Part shown: positions 7,455 to 18,582 of the stretch, one piece after another
How the letters are laid out: every line of letters begins with the position of its first letter
Numbering within the stretch: position 1 is the stretch's first letter
Source of the DNA: Methylorubrum extorquens
GTDB lineage: Bacteria > Pseudomonadota > Alphaproteobacteria > Rhizobiales > Beijerinckiaceae
Assembly: GCA_900234795.1 (NCBI GenBank)
Contig: LT962688.1
Location: 3,090,001-3,122,000, forward strand
Direction: 5' to 3'
DNA: 32,000 nucleotides
Program-made: the position numbers and the translations under genes
Notes under the pieces: generated by a model
The model's database searches: none
What the model saw: the letters and a program-made list of their open reading frames with translations, nothing else
What the model was told of the DNA's origin: nothing

Positions 7455-8963
7455 TCACTTTTCCCCCAAGGGCAGCCACGAGCGCCCGTCGCGGGCGAGG
7501 AGATCGTCCGCCTCCTTCGGGCCGGGACTGCCGGCCGGATAGAAGCAGACCGGCGCGTCCTTCCACGCCTTGAGCAGCGGATCGACGGCGGCCCAGCTCG
7601 CCTCGATGGTGTCGGCGCGCTGGAACAAGGTCGGGTCGCCCATCATGCAATCGTAGATCAGGCTTTCGTAGCCGACGGTGGGCGCCGGGTCGAAAAAATC
7701 GCCGTAGCAGAAGCCCGTCTCGATCGCGGCGAGATGCATCTGCGGCCCCGGCCGCTTCACGTTGAAGCGCGTGGCCGAGCCGGGCGCCGGGTCGATGCGC
7801 AGGCGCATGACGTTCGGCGCGAGGTCGCCGCCATCCGCCCCGCGGAACAGCGTGAGCGGCGTCGGCTTAAAATGCACCGCAATCTCGGTGCGCCGTTCGG
7901 CCAAGCACTTGCCGGTGCGCAGAAAGAACGGCACGCCGGACCAGCGCTCGTTCTCGATCTCGAGCTTGAGGGCGACGTAGGTTTCGGTGCGTGAATCCTT
8001 CGCCACGTCCGGCTCGTCACGGTAGGCCGGGACATCCTTCCCGTCCTCGCGTCCCGCCGCGTACTGCCCGCGCACGGCATTCTCGGGCGTGACAGGGCGG
8101 ATCGCCCCGACCAGCTTCGTCTTCTCGTCGCGCACGATCTCGGCGTCGAAGGCAGAGGGCGGCTCCATCGCCACCATGGTGAGAAGCTGGAACAGGTGGT
8201 TCGGCACCATGTCCCGCAGCGCGCCCGTCGGCTCGTAGAAGCGGCCGCGCTCCTCGACACCGATCGTCTCGGCCGCGGTGATCTCGACGTGATCGACGTA
8301 TTCGTGCCGCCAGATCGGCTCCAGCATCGCGTTGGCGAAGCGGATCGCCAGGATGCTCTGGACCGTCTCCTTCCCGAGAAAATGGTCAATCCGGTAGAAC
8401 TGGCTCTCGTCGCCCTGCGCCAGGATGGTTTCGTTGAGCGCCTTGGCGGAAGCGAGGTCGGAGCCGAACGGCTTCTCGATGACGACGCGGCGGAACGCGT
8501 CGTCCGTCTGCTTCAGCAGGCCGGCCTTGCCGAGGCCCTCGACCACGGGGCCGAAGAAGCGGGCGGAGACCGCGAGGTAGAACACGACGTTGCCGGTGAG
8601 GCGTCCGGCGAGATCCTTGAAGGTTGCTTCCTCGGAGAAATCACCCTGCATCACGTGCAGGCGCTCGCGGATGAAGTCCCAAGGGCGCGGGTCGATCCGC
8701 TCGGCGTGAAACTCGGCGGACGGGTCCTTGGTGAAGGACTCCATGGTCTGGGTGAGGTCGTCGCGCCAGCCATCGTCGGTGAGCGGGTTGTGATCGACAC
8801 CGAGAATGGAAAAGCCGTCATCGAGCAGCCCACCGCCCGCGAGATTGTAGAGGGCCGGCATCAGGAGGCGCTTCGTGAGGTCGCCGCCGGCACCGAAGAT
8901 CACGAGGGTGCAGGCCGGGGTCTTCGGCGTGTCGGGCGTGTCGTGAACGCAGGCGTCGGGCAT
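7455..8963 (-). CDS. zwf: Glucose-6-phosphate 1-dehydrogenase
   Basis: The 502-aa ORF has the NADP-binding motif VIFGAGGDLTKRLL, the active-site motif RIDHFLGKE, and EKPFG. Confidence 0.95.
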   Translation of the reverse strand: MPDACVHDTPDTPKTPACTLVIFGAGGDLTKRLLMPALYNLAGGGLLDDGFSILGVDHNPLTDDGWRDDLTQTMESFTKDPSAEFHAERIDPRPWDFIRERLHVMQGDFSEEATFKDLAGRLTGNVVFYLAVSARFFGPVVEGLGKAGLLKQTDDAFRRVVIEKPFGSDLASAKALNETILAQGDESQFYRIDHFLGKETVQSILAIRFANAMLEPIWRHEYVDHVEITAAETIGVEERGRFYEPTGALRDMVPNHLFQLLTMVAMEPPSAFDAEIVRDEKTKLVGAIRPVTPENAVRGQYAAGREDGKDVPAYRDEPDVAKDSRTETYVALKLEIENERWSGVPFFLRTGKCLAERRTEIAVHFKPTPLTLFRGADGGDLAPNVMRLRIDPAPGSATRFNVKRPGPQMHLAAIETGFCYGDFFDPAPTVGYESLIYDCMMGDPTLFQRADTIEASWAAVDPLLKAWKDAPVCFYPAGSPGPKEADDLLARDGRSWLPLGEK

Positions 8964-9063
8964 GGACCATCCGGGGCTCTCGGCCGGCGAGGGGCCGACC
9001 GCTGGAATCCCGGTTCAACAGAGGCCGGCGGTTCCTGTTCCGGCCAAGCTGCCCTGCGCGGGC

Positions 9064-10566
9064 CTACTCGTCGGTACGGACGGCCGAGCCGCCGTCGATC
9101 GGCAGACGCACGCCCTTCAGCTCCTCGCCGGTCGGGAGCGAGCGAGCGTCCCAGCCACCGCCCAGCGACCGGATCAGCGCCACCGCGGTGGTGAAGCGGT
9201 TGAGGCGAATCTGGAGCGCGGTGACCTCGTTGTTGATGAGCAGCGCCTGCGCGGTGACGACGGTGGTGTAGTTCTGCGTGCCGGCCCGGTACTCGTTGAG
9301 GGTGATCTCGACCGCGCGCCGCGCCGAGGCCACCGCCTCGTCCTGCTTGGCCTGCTGCCGGGCGAGGATGCGCACGCCGGCCAGCCCGTTCTCGACCTCG
9401 CCGAAGGCGGTCAGCACCGTCTGGCGGTAATTGGCCACGGCCGCCTCGTAGGCGGCCCGGGCCGTTTGCAGCACCGCAGCGCGGGCGCCGCCGTCGAAGA
9501 ACACCTGAGAGCCGTTCGCGGCGATCGACCAGACGCGGTTGGCGGCCGAGAACACGCCGTTGCTGGTCGCGCCCGAGAAGCCGCCCGAGGCCGAAAGCGT
9601 CACCGTCGGATAGAAGGCGGAGACCGCCACGCCGATCTGCTCGCTCTGCGCCTGCACCAGCCGCTCGGCCCCGGCGATGTCGGGCCGGCGCTCCAGGAGA
9701 TCGGACGGGATGCCGACCGGCACCGAGGGCGGACGCACCGGCAGGGGCGCGAACGGCAGCTTGACCTCCGAGGGCGGGCGGCCGGTGAGAATCGCCACCG
9801 CGTGCTCGAAGGTCGCCCGCTGGAGATCGACGGCGATCAGCGAGGCCTGCGTCGTCTGGAGCTGCGTCTGCGCGGTGATGACGTCGGAGCGGGCGGCGAC
9901 GCCCGCATTGTACTGATTCTCAGCGATGCTGAGGCTGCGCTTGAAGCCCTCGACATTCTCCTCCAGCACGCGCTTCAGCGAATCCTGATATCGCAGTTGG
10001 AGGTAATTGGTCGCCAGTTCCGCCTGAAGGCTGAGACGCACCAGGGCGAGGTCGGAGGCCGAGGCCTGGGCGGAGGCGACATCGCTCTCGATCTGGCGGC
10101 GGATGCCGCCGAACAAGTCGAGTTCCCAGTTCGCCTGCCCCTGGAGCGAGACGGTGGTGCGCTCGGTGCCCAGCGCCCGCGACCGGGTGATGCCCGGAGC
10201 GCCGATCACCGTAGGGAACAGGGCGGCGCGCGCCTGCGCGACGAGGGCGCGGGCCTGATCGTAGACCGCGACCTGGGCGCGAAGGTTCTGGTTGTCGACG
10301 TCGATGGAGCGAATCAGCCGGTCGAGCGTCGGGTCGTTGAAGGCCCGCCACCAGTCGCCGCGCTCGGCCGCGTCGTTCGGTGCCGCCGGGCGCCAGCCCT
10401 TCTGCGCCTGGACGTAGGCGAGGCTGTCCTCGCGCATTCCGCCTTGCTTGAAGCCAAGCGGCGTCTCGACGGAGGGGCGCGAGTAATCGGGGCCGACGAG
10501 GCAGCCGGAGGTCAGTGCCGCGACCGCGCAGACGGTGGCGAAGCGGAACAGGAGCCTCGACCTCAA
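9064..10566 (-). CDS. RND efflux outer membrane factor lipoprotein, NodT family
   Basis: ORF 9064..10719. I prefer the TTG at 10566, which gives MRSRLLFRFATVCAVAALTSGC, a lipoprotein signal with lipobox Cys, followed by LVGPDYSRP, typical of NodT/OprM-type proteins. The longer N-terminus would translate the REP hairpins. Confidence 0.85.
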   Translation of the reverse strand: MRSRLLFRFATVCAVAALTSGCLVGPDYSRPSVETPLGFKQGGMREDSLAYVQAQKGWRPAAPNDAAERGDWWRAFNDPTLDRLIRSIDVDNQNLRAQVAVYDQARALVAQARAALFPTVIGAPGITRSRALGTERTTVSLQGQANWELDLFGGIRRQIESDVASAQASASDLALVRLSLQAELATNYLQLRYQDSLKRVLEENVEGFKRSLSIAENQYNAGVAARSDVITAQTQLQTTQASLIAVDLQRATFEHAVAILTGRPPSEVKLPFAPLPVRPPSVPVGIPSDLLERRPDIAGAERLVQAQSEQIGVAVSAFYPTVTLSASGGFSGATSNGVFSAANRVWSIAANGSQVFFDGGARAAVLQTARAAYEAAVANYRQTVLTAFGEVENGLAGVRILARQQAKQDEAVASARRAVEITLNEYRAGTQNYTTVVTAQALLINNEVTALQIRLNRFTTAVALIRSLGGGWDARSLPTGEELKGVRLPIDGGSAVRTDE

Positions 10567-10696
10567 CCCTCTCCCCTCTGCGGGAGAGGGTGGCCCGCGA
10601 AGCGGGTCGGGTGAGGGGCAGCGCGACGTCCGGAAACGTGGCTCCCCTCTCCCGCCCTGCATCCGCAGGGCACCCTCCCCCGCGGAGGGGGGAGGG
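10567..10696. repeat. Cluster of G/C-rich REP-like stem-loops in the mdtC-OMF intergenic spacer
   Basis: - 10567-10575 ccctctccc pairs with 10582-10590 gggagaggg.
- 10594-10598 pairs with 10602-10606 (cccgc GAA gcggg).
- 10655-10660 ccctgc pairs with 10665-10670 gcaggg.
- 10673-10681 ccctccccc pairs with 10688-10696 gggggaggg. Confidence 0.75.
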
Positions 10697-10732
10697 TTAT
10701 GGCGCACGTCACCTGTCACGAAACAACCATCC

Positions 10733-13700
10733 TCACTCGGCCGGCACCGCCGCCGCTCCGCCCCGGCGACGCTTCGCCCAGAGCCGGAGACGGTCGAGAT
10801 ACAGGTAGACGACCGGTGTCGTGTAGAGGGTCAGGATCTGGCTGACGATGAGTCCACCGACGATCGCGATGCCGAGGGGCCGGCGCAGCTCGGCCCCCTC
10901 GCCGCCCGCGACGATGAGCGGGGCTGCGCCGAGGATAGCGGCGAGCGTCGTCATCATGATCGGGCGGAAGCGCAGAAGGCAGGCCTCGTAGATCGCTTCT
11001 CCCGGCGTCAGACCGCGGTTGCGCTCCGCATCGATGGCGAAGTCGATCATCAGGATGGCGTTCTTCTTGACGATGCCGATCAGCAGGAAGACCGCGATCA
11101 GGGCGACGATAGTGAACTCGGTTCCGGTCGTGAGCAGCGCGACGATGGCGCCAATCCCGGCCGAGGGCAGGGTCGAGAGAATCGTGATCGGGTGGATGTA
11201 GCTCTCGTAGAGGATGCCGAGCACGGCGTAGACGGCGAGCAGAGCGGCGAAGATCAGCAGCGGCTGGCGCGACGACGATTCCTGATAGCTCTTGGCCGCG
11301 CCCGCGAACTCGCCGTGGATGGTCTGCGGCAATTGCAGATCGAGCATGGTCTGGTCGATGACCGCGGTCGCCTCGCCCAGGCTCTTGCCGGGCACGAGGT
11401 TGAACGAGATGGTGGTGGCCACGAACAAGCCCTGATGCGCCACCTGGACCGGGGCGTTGCCGGTCTCGAAATGGGCGAAGGCCGAGAGCGGCACCATCGT
11501 TTCCTTGGCGCTCGACACCGGCGCGCTCGAGGAGGCGCTGCCCCGGCTCGCGGCGATGGCGTTGCCCGCGGCGTTGCGGGCCGAGTCGGCGGCGATGGTC
11601 GCTGCCGTGTCGGTGGTGGACGTGCCGGAGGTGGAGGCTTGCGAGGCGGTGGTGGTCCCACCGCCCGCCACCGTGCCAGCAACCGCGTTGGTGGTGGCCG
11701 AGCCCCGTGCGCGGCCGCCCGTGGTCGAGACGTAGATCGTCTTCAGCACCTCCGGGTTCTGGAGGTATCGCGGCGCGATCTCCATCACCACGTGGTACTG
11801 GTTGAGCGGGTTGTAGATCGTCGAGACCTGCCGCTGCCCGAAGGCGTCGTAGAGGGTGTTGTCGATCTGGTCCGGGGTGATGCCGTAGCGGAAGGCGGTC
11901 GCCCGATCGATGACGAGGCGGCTCTCCAGCCCGCCCTCCTGCTGGTCCGAGGTCACGTCGGCGAAGATGTCGGTGCGCTTCTGCAGCGCTTGCAGCAGCT
12001 TCGGCGAAGCGGCGTAGAGCTCCTCCGACGTGTCGCCCTGGAGCGTGTACTGGTACTGGGCGAAACTCTGGCGCCCGCCCATCCTGAGATCCTGGCGCGG
12101 GAACAGGAACAGGCGCGCGCCCGCGACCTGGGCGAGCTTCGGCCGAAGCCGGGCCATCACCGTCTCGATCGGCTCACGCTTGCCGCGCGGCTTGAGCCCG
12201 ACGAAGACGTTGGCGGAGTTGGTGCCGCGCCCGCCGGTGAAGCCGACGATGCTCTCCACTGCCGGGTCGGCCTGCACGATGGCGCTCGCGCGCTCCAGCT
12301 TGTCCTTCATCGACTGGAACGAGATGCGCTGGTCGGCCTGGATGCCGCCCATGAGCTGGCCGGTATCCTGATCGGGGAAGAAGCCCTTCGGCACGATGAT
12401 GTAGCCGTAGACCGTGAGCCCGATCGCGATGAACACGCTGAGCGCCGTCAGCCGACGGTGATAGAGCGCGAAACGGAGCGTCCGTTCGTAACTCCGCAGC
12501 AGCGCGTCGAAGCCGCCCTCCAATCCGCGCAGCAGGATGTTGGGGCGCTTGCCCGCATGCATCTGCGCCTCGGGCTTGAGGAGCAGCGCGCACATCATCG
12601 GCGTCGTCGTCAGCGAGAGCACGAGCGAGACGAGGATCGCCATCGACAGCGTGACCGCGAATTCCTGGAACAGCCGGCCGACGATGCCGCCCATCAGCAG
12701 GATCGGCAGGAACACGGCGATCAGCGACAGGCTCATCGAGACGACGGTGAAGCCGACCTCGCGGGCGCCGAGCAGGGCGGCCTCGACCCGTGGCTTGCCC
12801 GCCTCGATGTGCCGCTGGATGTTCTCCAGCACGACGATGGCGTCGTCCACGACGAAGCCGGTCGCGATGATGAGCGCCATCAGCGACAGGATGTCGAGGG
12901 AGTAGTCGAGCATCCACATCGCCGCGAAGGTGCCGATGATCGAGATCGGCACCGCCACCGCCGGGATCAGCGTCGCCCGCCACGAGCGCAGGAAGATGAA
13001 GGTGACGAAGATCACGAGGATGACCGCGATGATCAGCGTCTCCTCGGTGCTGGCCAGCGAGGCGCGGATCGTGGCGGAGCGGTCGCCGGAGATGTTGAGG
13101 TCGATGTCGCCGGGCAGCGCCGCCTTCGCCTGCGGGATTGCCGCTCGCACCCGCTCCACGGTCTCGACGACGTTGGAGCCTGGCTCCTTGTAAATGAACA
13201 GGATCACGCCCGGCTTGCCGTCGACCAGGCCGAGGTTGCGCTTGTCCTCGACCGAATCGACCACTTCGCCGACATCGGCGAGCCGCACGGCGGCGCCGTT
13301 GCGATAGGCCACGACGATGTCGCGATAGTCGGAGGCCTGCCGGCCCTGGTCGTTGGCGTAGAGCTGGTAGCGGCGGTCGCCTGCCACGATGTCGCCCTTG
13401 GGCGAGTTGGCGTTGGCCGAGGCCAGACCGGCTCGGATGCCCTCCAGGCCGATGCCGTAGTGGAACAGGGCCGTCGGATCGAGTTCGACCCGCACCGCCG
13501 GCAGCGACGAGCCGCCGATATCGACGTTGCCGACACCCTCGATCTGACTCATCCGCTGCTGCACGATGGTCGCGGCGGAATCGTAGAGCTGCCCCGGCGT
13601 CAGCGTATCGGAGGTGAGACCGAGGATCAGGATCGGCGAATCGGCCGGGTTGAACTTGCGGTAGGTCGGGTTGGTGCGCAGCGAGGTCGGCAGATCGGCG

Positions 13701-14047
13701 CGCGCGGCGTTGATCGCCGCCTGGACGTCGCGGGCGGCGCCGTCGATGTCGCGGTTGAGGCCGAACAGCAGGACGATCCGCACCGTGCCGGTCGAACTCG
13801 TCGAGGTCATCTCGTTGACGTCGGCGATGGCCCCGAGCCGCCGCTCCAGCGGCGCGGCGACCGTGGTCGCCATGGTCTCCGGCGAGGCGCCGGCCATCTG
13901 CGCCTGAACCAGGATGACGGGGAAATCGACCTGCGGCAGCGGCGCCACCGGCAGGCGGACATAGGCGAACATGCCGGCGAGCAGCAGGCCGATGGTCAGC
14001 AGCGTCGTGGCGACCGGGCGGCGGATGAAGGGTTCGGAGAGGTTCAA
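10733..14047 (-). CDS. mdtC: RND multidrug efflux permease, MdtC-like
   Basis: The track fuses this gene into ORF 10733..14452. The real start is the TTG at 14047, giving (M)[24 protein letters not shown], and it overlaps the mdtB-like stop as TTGA. Similarity to E. coli MdtC as I remember it is strong ([38 protein letters not shown]). Confidence 0.9.
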   Translation of the reverse strand: MNLSEPFIRRPVATTLLTIGLLLAGMFAYVRLPVAPLPQVDFPVILVQAQMAGASPETMATTVAAPLERRLGAIADVNEMTSTSSTGTVRIVLLFGLNRDIDGAARDVQAAINAARADLPTSLRTNPTYRKFNPADSPILILGLTSDTLTPGQLYDSAATIVQQRMSQIEGVGNVDIGGSSLPAVRVELDPTALFHYGIGLEGIRAGLASANANSPKGDIVAGDRRYQLYANDQGRQASDYRDIVVAYRNGAAVRLADVGEVVDSVEDKRNLGLVDGKPGVILFIYKEPGSNVVETVERVRAAIPQAKAALPGDIDLNISGDRSATIRASLASTEETLIIAVILVIFVTFIFLRSWRATLIPAVAVPISIIGTFAAMWMLDYSLDILSLMALIIATGFVVDDAIVVLENIQRHIEAGKPRVEAALLGAREVGFTVVSMSLSLIAVFLPILLMGGIVGRLFQEFAVTLSMAILVSLVLSLTTTPMMCALLLKPEAQMHAGKRPNILLRGLEGGFDALLRSYERTLRFALYHRRLTALSVFIAIGLTVYGYIIVPKGFFPDQDTGQLMGGIQADQRISFQSMKDKLERASAIVQADPAVESIVGFTGGRGTNSANVFVGLKPRGKREPIETVMARLRPKLAQVAGARLFLFPRQDLRMGGRQSFAQYQYTLQGDTSEELYAASPKLLQALQKRTDIFADVTSDQQEGGLESRLVIDRATAFRYGITPDQIDNTLYDAFGQRQVSTIYNPLNQYHVVMEIAPRYLQNPEVLKTIYVSTTGGRARGSATTNAVAGTVAGGGTTTASQASTSGTSTTDTAATIAADSARNAAGNAIAASRGSASSSAPVSSAKETMVPLSAFAHFETGNAPVQVAHQGLFVATTISFNLVPGKSLGEATAVIDQTMLDLQLPQTIHGEFAGAAKSYQESSSRQPLLIFAALLAVYAVLGILYESYIHPITILSTLPSAGIGAIVALLTTGTEFTIVALIAVFLLIGIVKKNAILMIDFAIDAERNRGLTPGEAIYEACLLRFRPIMMTTLAAILGAAPLIVAGGEGAELRRPLGIAIVGGLIVSQILTLYTTPVVYLYLDRLRLWAKRRRGGAAAVPAE

Positions 14048-17000
14048 GGCACCGCCCCGCCCGGCGCCAGCCCGTCCCGCTCCCGCCGCCGCATGATCCG
14101 ACGCTCCAGCCGGTCGAAGGCGAGATAGATCACCGGCGTCGTGAACAGCGTCAGCACCTGACTGACGATGAGGCCGCCGGCAATGACGATGCCCAGCGGC
14201 TGGCGCAGCTCCGAGCCGACGCCCGAGCCGACGATCATCGGCACCGCCGCGAACAGGGCCGCGAGCGTCGTCATCAGGATCGGGCGGAAGCGCAGCAGGC
14301 AGGCCTCGTAGATCGCGTCGCGCGGGGCCTTGCCCTCTTCGCGCTCGGCCTGGAGCGCGAAGTCGATCATCATGATCGCGTTCTTCTTCACGATGCCGAT
14401 CAGGAGCACGATGCCGATGATCGCGATGATGTCGAGCGAGAGCCCGAACCACATCAGCCCGAGCAGCGCGCCGATGCCGGCGGACGGCAGGGTCGAGAGG
14501 ATGGTGATGGGGTGGATGAAGCTCTCGTAGAGCACGCCGAGCACGATGTAGACGGTGATGATCGCCGCGCAGACGAGGAACAGCTCGTTGGAGAGCGCCG
14601 ATTCGAAGGCGAAGACCGAGCCCTGCGGCACCACGTTGAAGCTCGCCGGCAGGTTGATGTCTTTTCGCGCGGCCTCGAGCGCCTCCACCGCCTGCCCAAG
14701 GGCGACGCCGGGCGCGAGGTTGAACGAGACGGTGGTGGCCGGGAACTGGCCGAGATGGCCGATCAGCAGCGGCGCGCGACGCTCCTCGATCTTCGCCACG
14801 GCCGAGAGCGGCACCTGTCCCGACGGTGCGGTCGAGGACGGGAGATAGAGGTTGTCGAGGGAGGCGAGCGAGGTGTGCAGCTTCGGGTTCGCCTCCAAAA
14901 TCACCCGGTACTGGCTCGATTGGGTGAAGATGGTCGAGACGATGCGCTGGCCGAACGCGTCGTAGAGCACGTTGTCGATCGTGGCCGGCGTGATGCCGTA
15001 GCGCCCGGCGGTGGGTCGGTCGATGGTGACGTAGGCAGCCAGGCCGTTGCCCTGGTAGTCGCTGGTCACGTCGGCGAGCAGCGGTGAGCGGCGCAGCGCC
15101 TCGACGTAGCGCGGCACCCAGGTCTCGAAGTCACCGAGGTTCGGGTTCTCGAGGATGACCTGATACTGCGTCGCCGAGACCGCGGTATCGATCGTCAGAT
15201 CCTGTACCGGCTGCATGTAGAGCCGCACGCCGGGCACAGAACTCGTCGCGGCGTTGAGGCGGCGGATGATCGCGCTGGCATCGGCACCGCGCGCCTCGCG
15301 CGGCTTCAGGTTGATGAGGAAGCGGCCGGAATTGAGCGTGACGTTCTGCCCGTCCACCCCGATGAACGAGGACAGGCTCGCGACGTCCGGATCCTGCAGG
15401 ACGATGTCGGCCAAGGCCTGCTGCCGTTCGGCCATGGCCTCGTAGGAGACGCTCTGGTCGGCCTGTGAGATGCCCTGGATCACGCCCGTGTCCTGCACGG
15501 GGAAGAAGCCCTTGGGGATCACCACGAACAGGTAGGCCGTGAGCGCCACGGTGCCGAGGGTGACGAGCAGCGTCAGGCCCTGGTTGGCCAGCACGACGCG
15601 CAGGGACCGGCCGTAGAGGGCGATGACGCCGTCGTTGAGGCGCCGGCCCGCGCGGGCAATGGGACCTTCGCGGCGCGCGGCCGGCGTGTCGGCGCCATGG
15701 GCGACGGGCTTGAGCAGGCGCGCGCACAGCATCGGCACGAGGGTGAGCGAGACCACCGCCGAGATGACGATGGTCGCCGCCAGCGTGATCGCGAACTCAC
15801 GGAACAGGCGGCCGACCACGTCACCCATGAACAGGAGCGGGATCAGCACCGCGATGAGCGAGACGGTGAGCGAGATGATGGTGAAGCCGATCTCGCGGCT
15901 TCCCTTCAGCGCCGCCTCAAACGGACTGTCACCCTCCTCGACGTGGCGGGCGATGTTCTCGATGACGACGATGGCATCGTCCACGACGAAGCCCGTGGCG
16001 ATGGTGAGCGCCATCAAGGAGAGGTTGTCGAGGGAGAAGCCCCAGGCATCCATTGCCGCGAGCGCGCCGATCAGCGAGAGCGGAACCGACAGGCTCGGGA
16101 TCAGCGTCGCGGAGAAGCTGCGCAGGAACAGGAAGATCACCATCACCACGAGGCCGATGGCGAGCATCAGCTCGAACTGCACGTCGTGCACCGAGGCGCG
16201 GATCGTCGTCGTGCGGTCGGTGAGGATCGCGACCGAGACCGAGGCCGGCATCGTCGCCTGGAGCTGCGGCAGCAGCCGCTTGATGCGGTCCACCGTGTCG
16301 ATGACGTTGGCACCGGGCTGGCGCTGGATGTTGAGGATCACCGCGGGCGTGCGGTCGGACCAGGCACCGAGCCGGGTATTCTCGGCCCCGTCCACCACCT
16401 CCGCCACGTCGGTGAGATGAACCGGCGCGCCGTTGCGATAGGCGATGATCGCGCTGGCATAGACCGCGGGGTCACGGACCTGATCGTTGGCGTTGATGGC
16501 GTAGGACTGGGTCGGCCCGTCGATATTGCCCTTGGGCGTGTTGACGTTGAGGTTGGCGATCGTCGTGCGCAGGTCGTCGATGTTGAGGCCGTAGGCGGCC
16601 ATCGCCAGCGAATTGAATCGCACCCGCACCGCCGGCCGCTGGCCGCCGCCCATGCCGACGAGGCCCACACCCGCGATCTGGCTGATCTTCTGGGCGAGCC
16701 GCGTCTCGGCGAGGTCGCGCACCTGCGTCAGCGGGATCGTCGCGGAGGTGAGCGCCAGCGTCAGCACCGGTGCGTCGGCCGGGTTGACCTTGGCGTAGAT
16801 CGGCGGCGCGGGAAGGTCGGTCGGCAGCAGGTTGCCCGCGGCGTTGATCGCCGCCTGGACCGACTGCTCGGCGATGTCGAGCGGGATGTCGAGATTGAAC
16901 TGAAGCGTGATGACCGACGCCCCCGCCGAACTCTGCGAGGACATCTGGTTGAGGTTGGCCATCTGGCCGAATTGGCGTTCCAGCGGCGCGGTGACGGCCG

Positions 17001-17181
17001 AGGTCATCACCTCCGGGCTGGCACCGGGATAGAAGGTCTGCACCTGGATCGTTGGGTAATCGACGGCCGGCAGCGCCGAGACCGGCAGGTTCAGATACGA
17101 CACCGCGCCGACGATCAGGATCGCCAGCATCGACAGCGTCGTCGCGACGGGCCGCAGGATGAAGAGGCGGGACGGGTTCAT
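14044..17181 (-). CDS. mdtB: RND multidrug efflux permease, MdtB-like
   Basis: The 1045-aa ORF begins [25 protein letters not shown]...[43 protein letters not shown], which closely matches E. coli MdtB as I remember it. Confidence 0.92.
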   Translation of the reverse strand: MNPSRLFILRPVATTLSMLAILIVGAVSYLNLPVSALPAVDYPTIQVQTFYPGASPEVMTSAVTAPLERQFGQMANLNQMSSQSSAGASVITLQFNLDIPLDIAEQSVQAAINAAGNLLPTDLPAPPIYAKVNPADAPVLTLALTSATIPLTQVRDLAETRLAQKISQIAGVGLVGMGGGQRPAVRVRFNSLAMAAYGLNIDDLRTTIANLNVNTPKGNIDGPTQSYAINANDQVRDPAVYASAIIAYRNGAPVHLTDVAEVVDGAENTRLGAWSDRTPAVILNIQRQPGANVIDTVDRIKRLLPQLQATMPASVSVAILTDRTTTIRASVHDVQFELMLAIGLVVMVIFLFLRSFSATLIPSLSVPLSLIGALAAMDAWGFSLDNLSLMALTIATGFVVDDAIVVIENIARHVEEGDSPFEAALKGSREIGFTIISLTVSLIAVLIPLLFMGDVVGRLFREFAITLAATIVISAVVSLTLVPMLCARLLKPVAHGADTPAARREGPIARAGRRLNDGVIALYGRSLRVVLANQGLTLLVTLGTVALTAYLFVVIPKGFFPVQDTGVIQGISQADQSVSYEAMAERQQALADIVLQDPDVASLSSFIGVDGQNVTLNSGRFLINLKPREARGADASAIIRRLNAATSSVPGVRLYMQPVQDLTIDTAVSATQYQVILENPNLGDFETWVPRYVEALRRSPLLADVTSDYQGNGLAAYVTIDRPTAGRYGITPATIDNVLYDAFGQRIVSTIFTQSSQYRVILEANPKLHTSLASLDNLYLPSSTAPSGQVPLSAVAKIEERRAPLLIGHLGQFPATTVSFNLAPGVALGQAVEALEAARKDINLPASFNVVPQGSVFAFESALSNELFLVCAAIITVYIVLGVLYESFIHPITILSTLPSAGIGALLGLMWFGLSLDIIAIIGIVLLIGIVKKNAIMMIDFALQAEREEGKAPRDAIYEACLLRFRPILMTTLAALFAAVPMIVGSGVGSELRQPLGIVIAGGLIVSQVLTLFTTPVIYLAFDRLERRIMRRRERDGLAPGGAVP

Positions 17182-17193
17182 GGCCGCATCCGC

Positions 17194-18582
17194 TTACGGG
17201 GCCGGGCGCCGGCGTCCCCGGCGCTCCTGACCGCCCTGGGTCGAACCGGTATCGGCCGGCGCGCCGGCTGCGGGCGTCGTCGGAAGCGTCGCGCCGGGAG
17301 CCCCCGCTGCCGGACCGCCGGCCTGTGGTCCGGGGGCGTTGGCGACGACGCGCACGGGCGCGCCCTCGCGCAGCCGGTCGGTGCCATCGGTGACGACGCG
17401 GTCGCCCGCCGCAAGCCCCGACAGAACCACCGTGTTCACCCCATCGGTCTCGCCGGTCTTGATCGGGCGCACGGTGACCTTCTCGTCGCCGTCCATCAGG
17501 TAGACGTAGGTGCCGGGCGTGCCGCGCAGGATCGCGGCGTTCGGCACCAAGGCCGCGTTCTGGATCGTCTCGACGGTGAGGCGCGCGTTGACGAACTGGT
17601 TCGGGAACAGGCTCTCGTCCTCGTTCTCGAACATCGCCCGCAGCTTTACCGTGCCGGTCGTGGTGTCGATCTGGTTGTCCACCGTGTCGAGGCGGCCGAC
17701 TGCGATCTCGTGCTGGTCGCTGCGGTCATAGGCGCGCACCGTCAGCTTCGCGCCTGCGCGCACCCGGCGCATCACCCGCGCCACGTCGTCCTCCGGCAGC
17801 ACAAATACCACCGAGATCGGGCGCAACTGCGTGACGACGACGATGTTGGTCGAGCCGGCGGTGATGTAGTTGCCGAGATCGACCTGCCGCAGGCCGACCC
17901 GGCCCTCCACCGGCGAGACGATCCGGGCATAGGTGAGATTGAGCTTCTGCTGATCGACGAGCGCTTGGTCGGCGGCGACCGTGCCCTCGTTCTGCTTCAC
18001 CAGGGCGGCCTGGGTGTCGACGTTCTGCTTCGAGATCGAATCCTGGCGGTTCAGAGTCTGGTAGCGCTGGAGATCGAGCTTCGAGTTCTGCAACAGCGCC
18101 TGATCGCGGGCGAGCTGGCCCTGATACTGCGCGAGCAGCGCCTCGTAGGGCCGCGGATCGACCTGGGCGAGGAAGTCGCCCTCCTTCACCATCTGGCCCT
18201 CGCGAAAGCCGATCTTGGTGAGGTAGCCGCTGATCTGCGAGCGGATCGAGACGGTGGCGAGCGGCGTCACCGTGCCGAGGCCCTGGAGCACGACCGGCAT
18301 GTCGCCGGTCACGATCGGCGCGACGCCGACCGCCTGCTTCATGTCGGCCGGCCGTCCGCCGTGACCGGGACGGCCGCCGCCCGGCGCCTGTGCGGTCTCC
18401 CCGGCCGGCTTCTGCCGGGCGTCGTAGGTGCGGTGGGCGACGGCGCCGGCCCCGCCGAGGATCAGCAGCGCGAGCATCCAGCGGCCGAACTTACGGCGCC
18501 GGCGGACCGGCGCGGTCGTCACCGGGTCCGCGGTCCGGTACTCCCGGGCGGTCTCCCTGCGTATCGGCGAACTCTCGTTCAT
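17194..18582 (-). CDS. mdtA: RND efflux periplasmic adaptor (membrane fusion protein), MdtA-like
   Basis: The 462-aa ORF sits 12 nt upstream of the mdtB-like start. It has a basic cytoplasmic tail and a TM segment (RRRRKFGRWMLALLILGG), then HlyD/MFP-type lipoyl and beta-barrel sequence, and a Pro/Ala/Gly-rich C-terminal tail. Confidence 0.88.
   Translation of the reverse strand: MNESSPIRRETAREYRTADPVTTAPVRRRRKFGRWMLALLILGGAGAVAHRTYDARQKPAGETAQAPGGGRPGHGGRPADMKQAVGVAPIVTGDMPVVLQGLGTVTPLATVSIRSQISGYLTKIGFREGQMVKEGDFLAQVDPRPYEALLAQYQGQLARDQALLQNSKLDLQRYQTLNRQDSISKQNVDTQAALVKQNEGTVAADQALVDQQKLNLTYARIVSPVEGRVGLRQVDLGNYITAGSTNIVVVTQLRPISVVFVLPEDDVARVMRRVRAGAKLTVRAYDRSDQHEIAVGRLDTVDNQIDTTTGTVKLRAMFENEDESLFPNQFVNARLTVETIQNAALVPNAAILRGTPGTYVYLMDGDEKVTVRPIKTGETDGVNTVVLSGLAAGDRVVTDGTDRLREGAPVRVVANAPGPQAGGPAAGAPGATLPTTPAAGAPADTGSTQGGQERRGRRRPAP

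Noticed and set aside
6010-7542. A 510-aa plus-strand ORF overlapping leuB in another frame
   Set aside because: The leuB frame carries all the family motifs. This alternative frame is Arg/Pro/Gly-rich and runs through the leuB stop into the REP hairpin.
10567-10696. The G/C hairpin cluster as a possible CRISPR array
   Set aside because: The units are self-complementary palindromes of unequal sequence and spacing. There are no repeat-spacer periodicity, no unique spacers of regular length, and no cas genes in the window.
10567-10719. The N-terminal extension of the OMF ORF (MTGDVRHNPPPSAGEGALRMQGGRGEPRF...PSPAEGRG)
   Set aside because: This stretch is a translation of the palindromic REP hairpins. 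A canonical lipoprotein signal peptide begins at the TTG at 10566.
10535-14128. A 1197-aa plus-strand ORF antisense to the mdtC-like gene
   Set aside because: The opposite strand encodes an unmistakable RND permease. This ORF is Arg/Asp/Gly-rich low-complexity sequence and starts inside the REP hairpin cluster. It is a shadow ORF.
10733-14452. A 1239-aa ORF taken as the full MdtC-like protein
   Set aside because: The first 135 or so codons are an out-of-frame read through the 3' end of the mdtB-like gene. The conserved RND N-terminus ([16 protein letters not shown]) begins at the TTG at 14047, which overlaps the mdtB stop.
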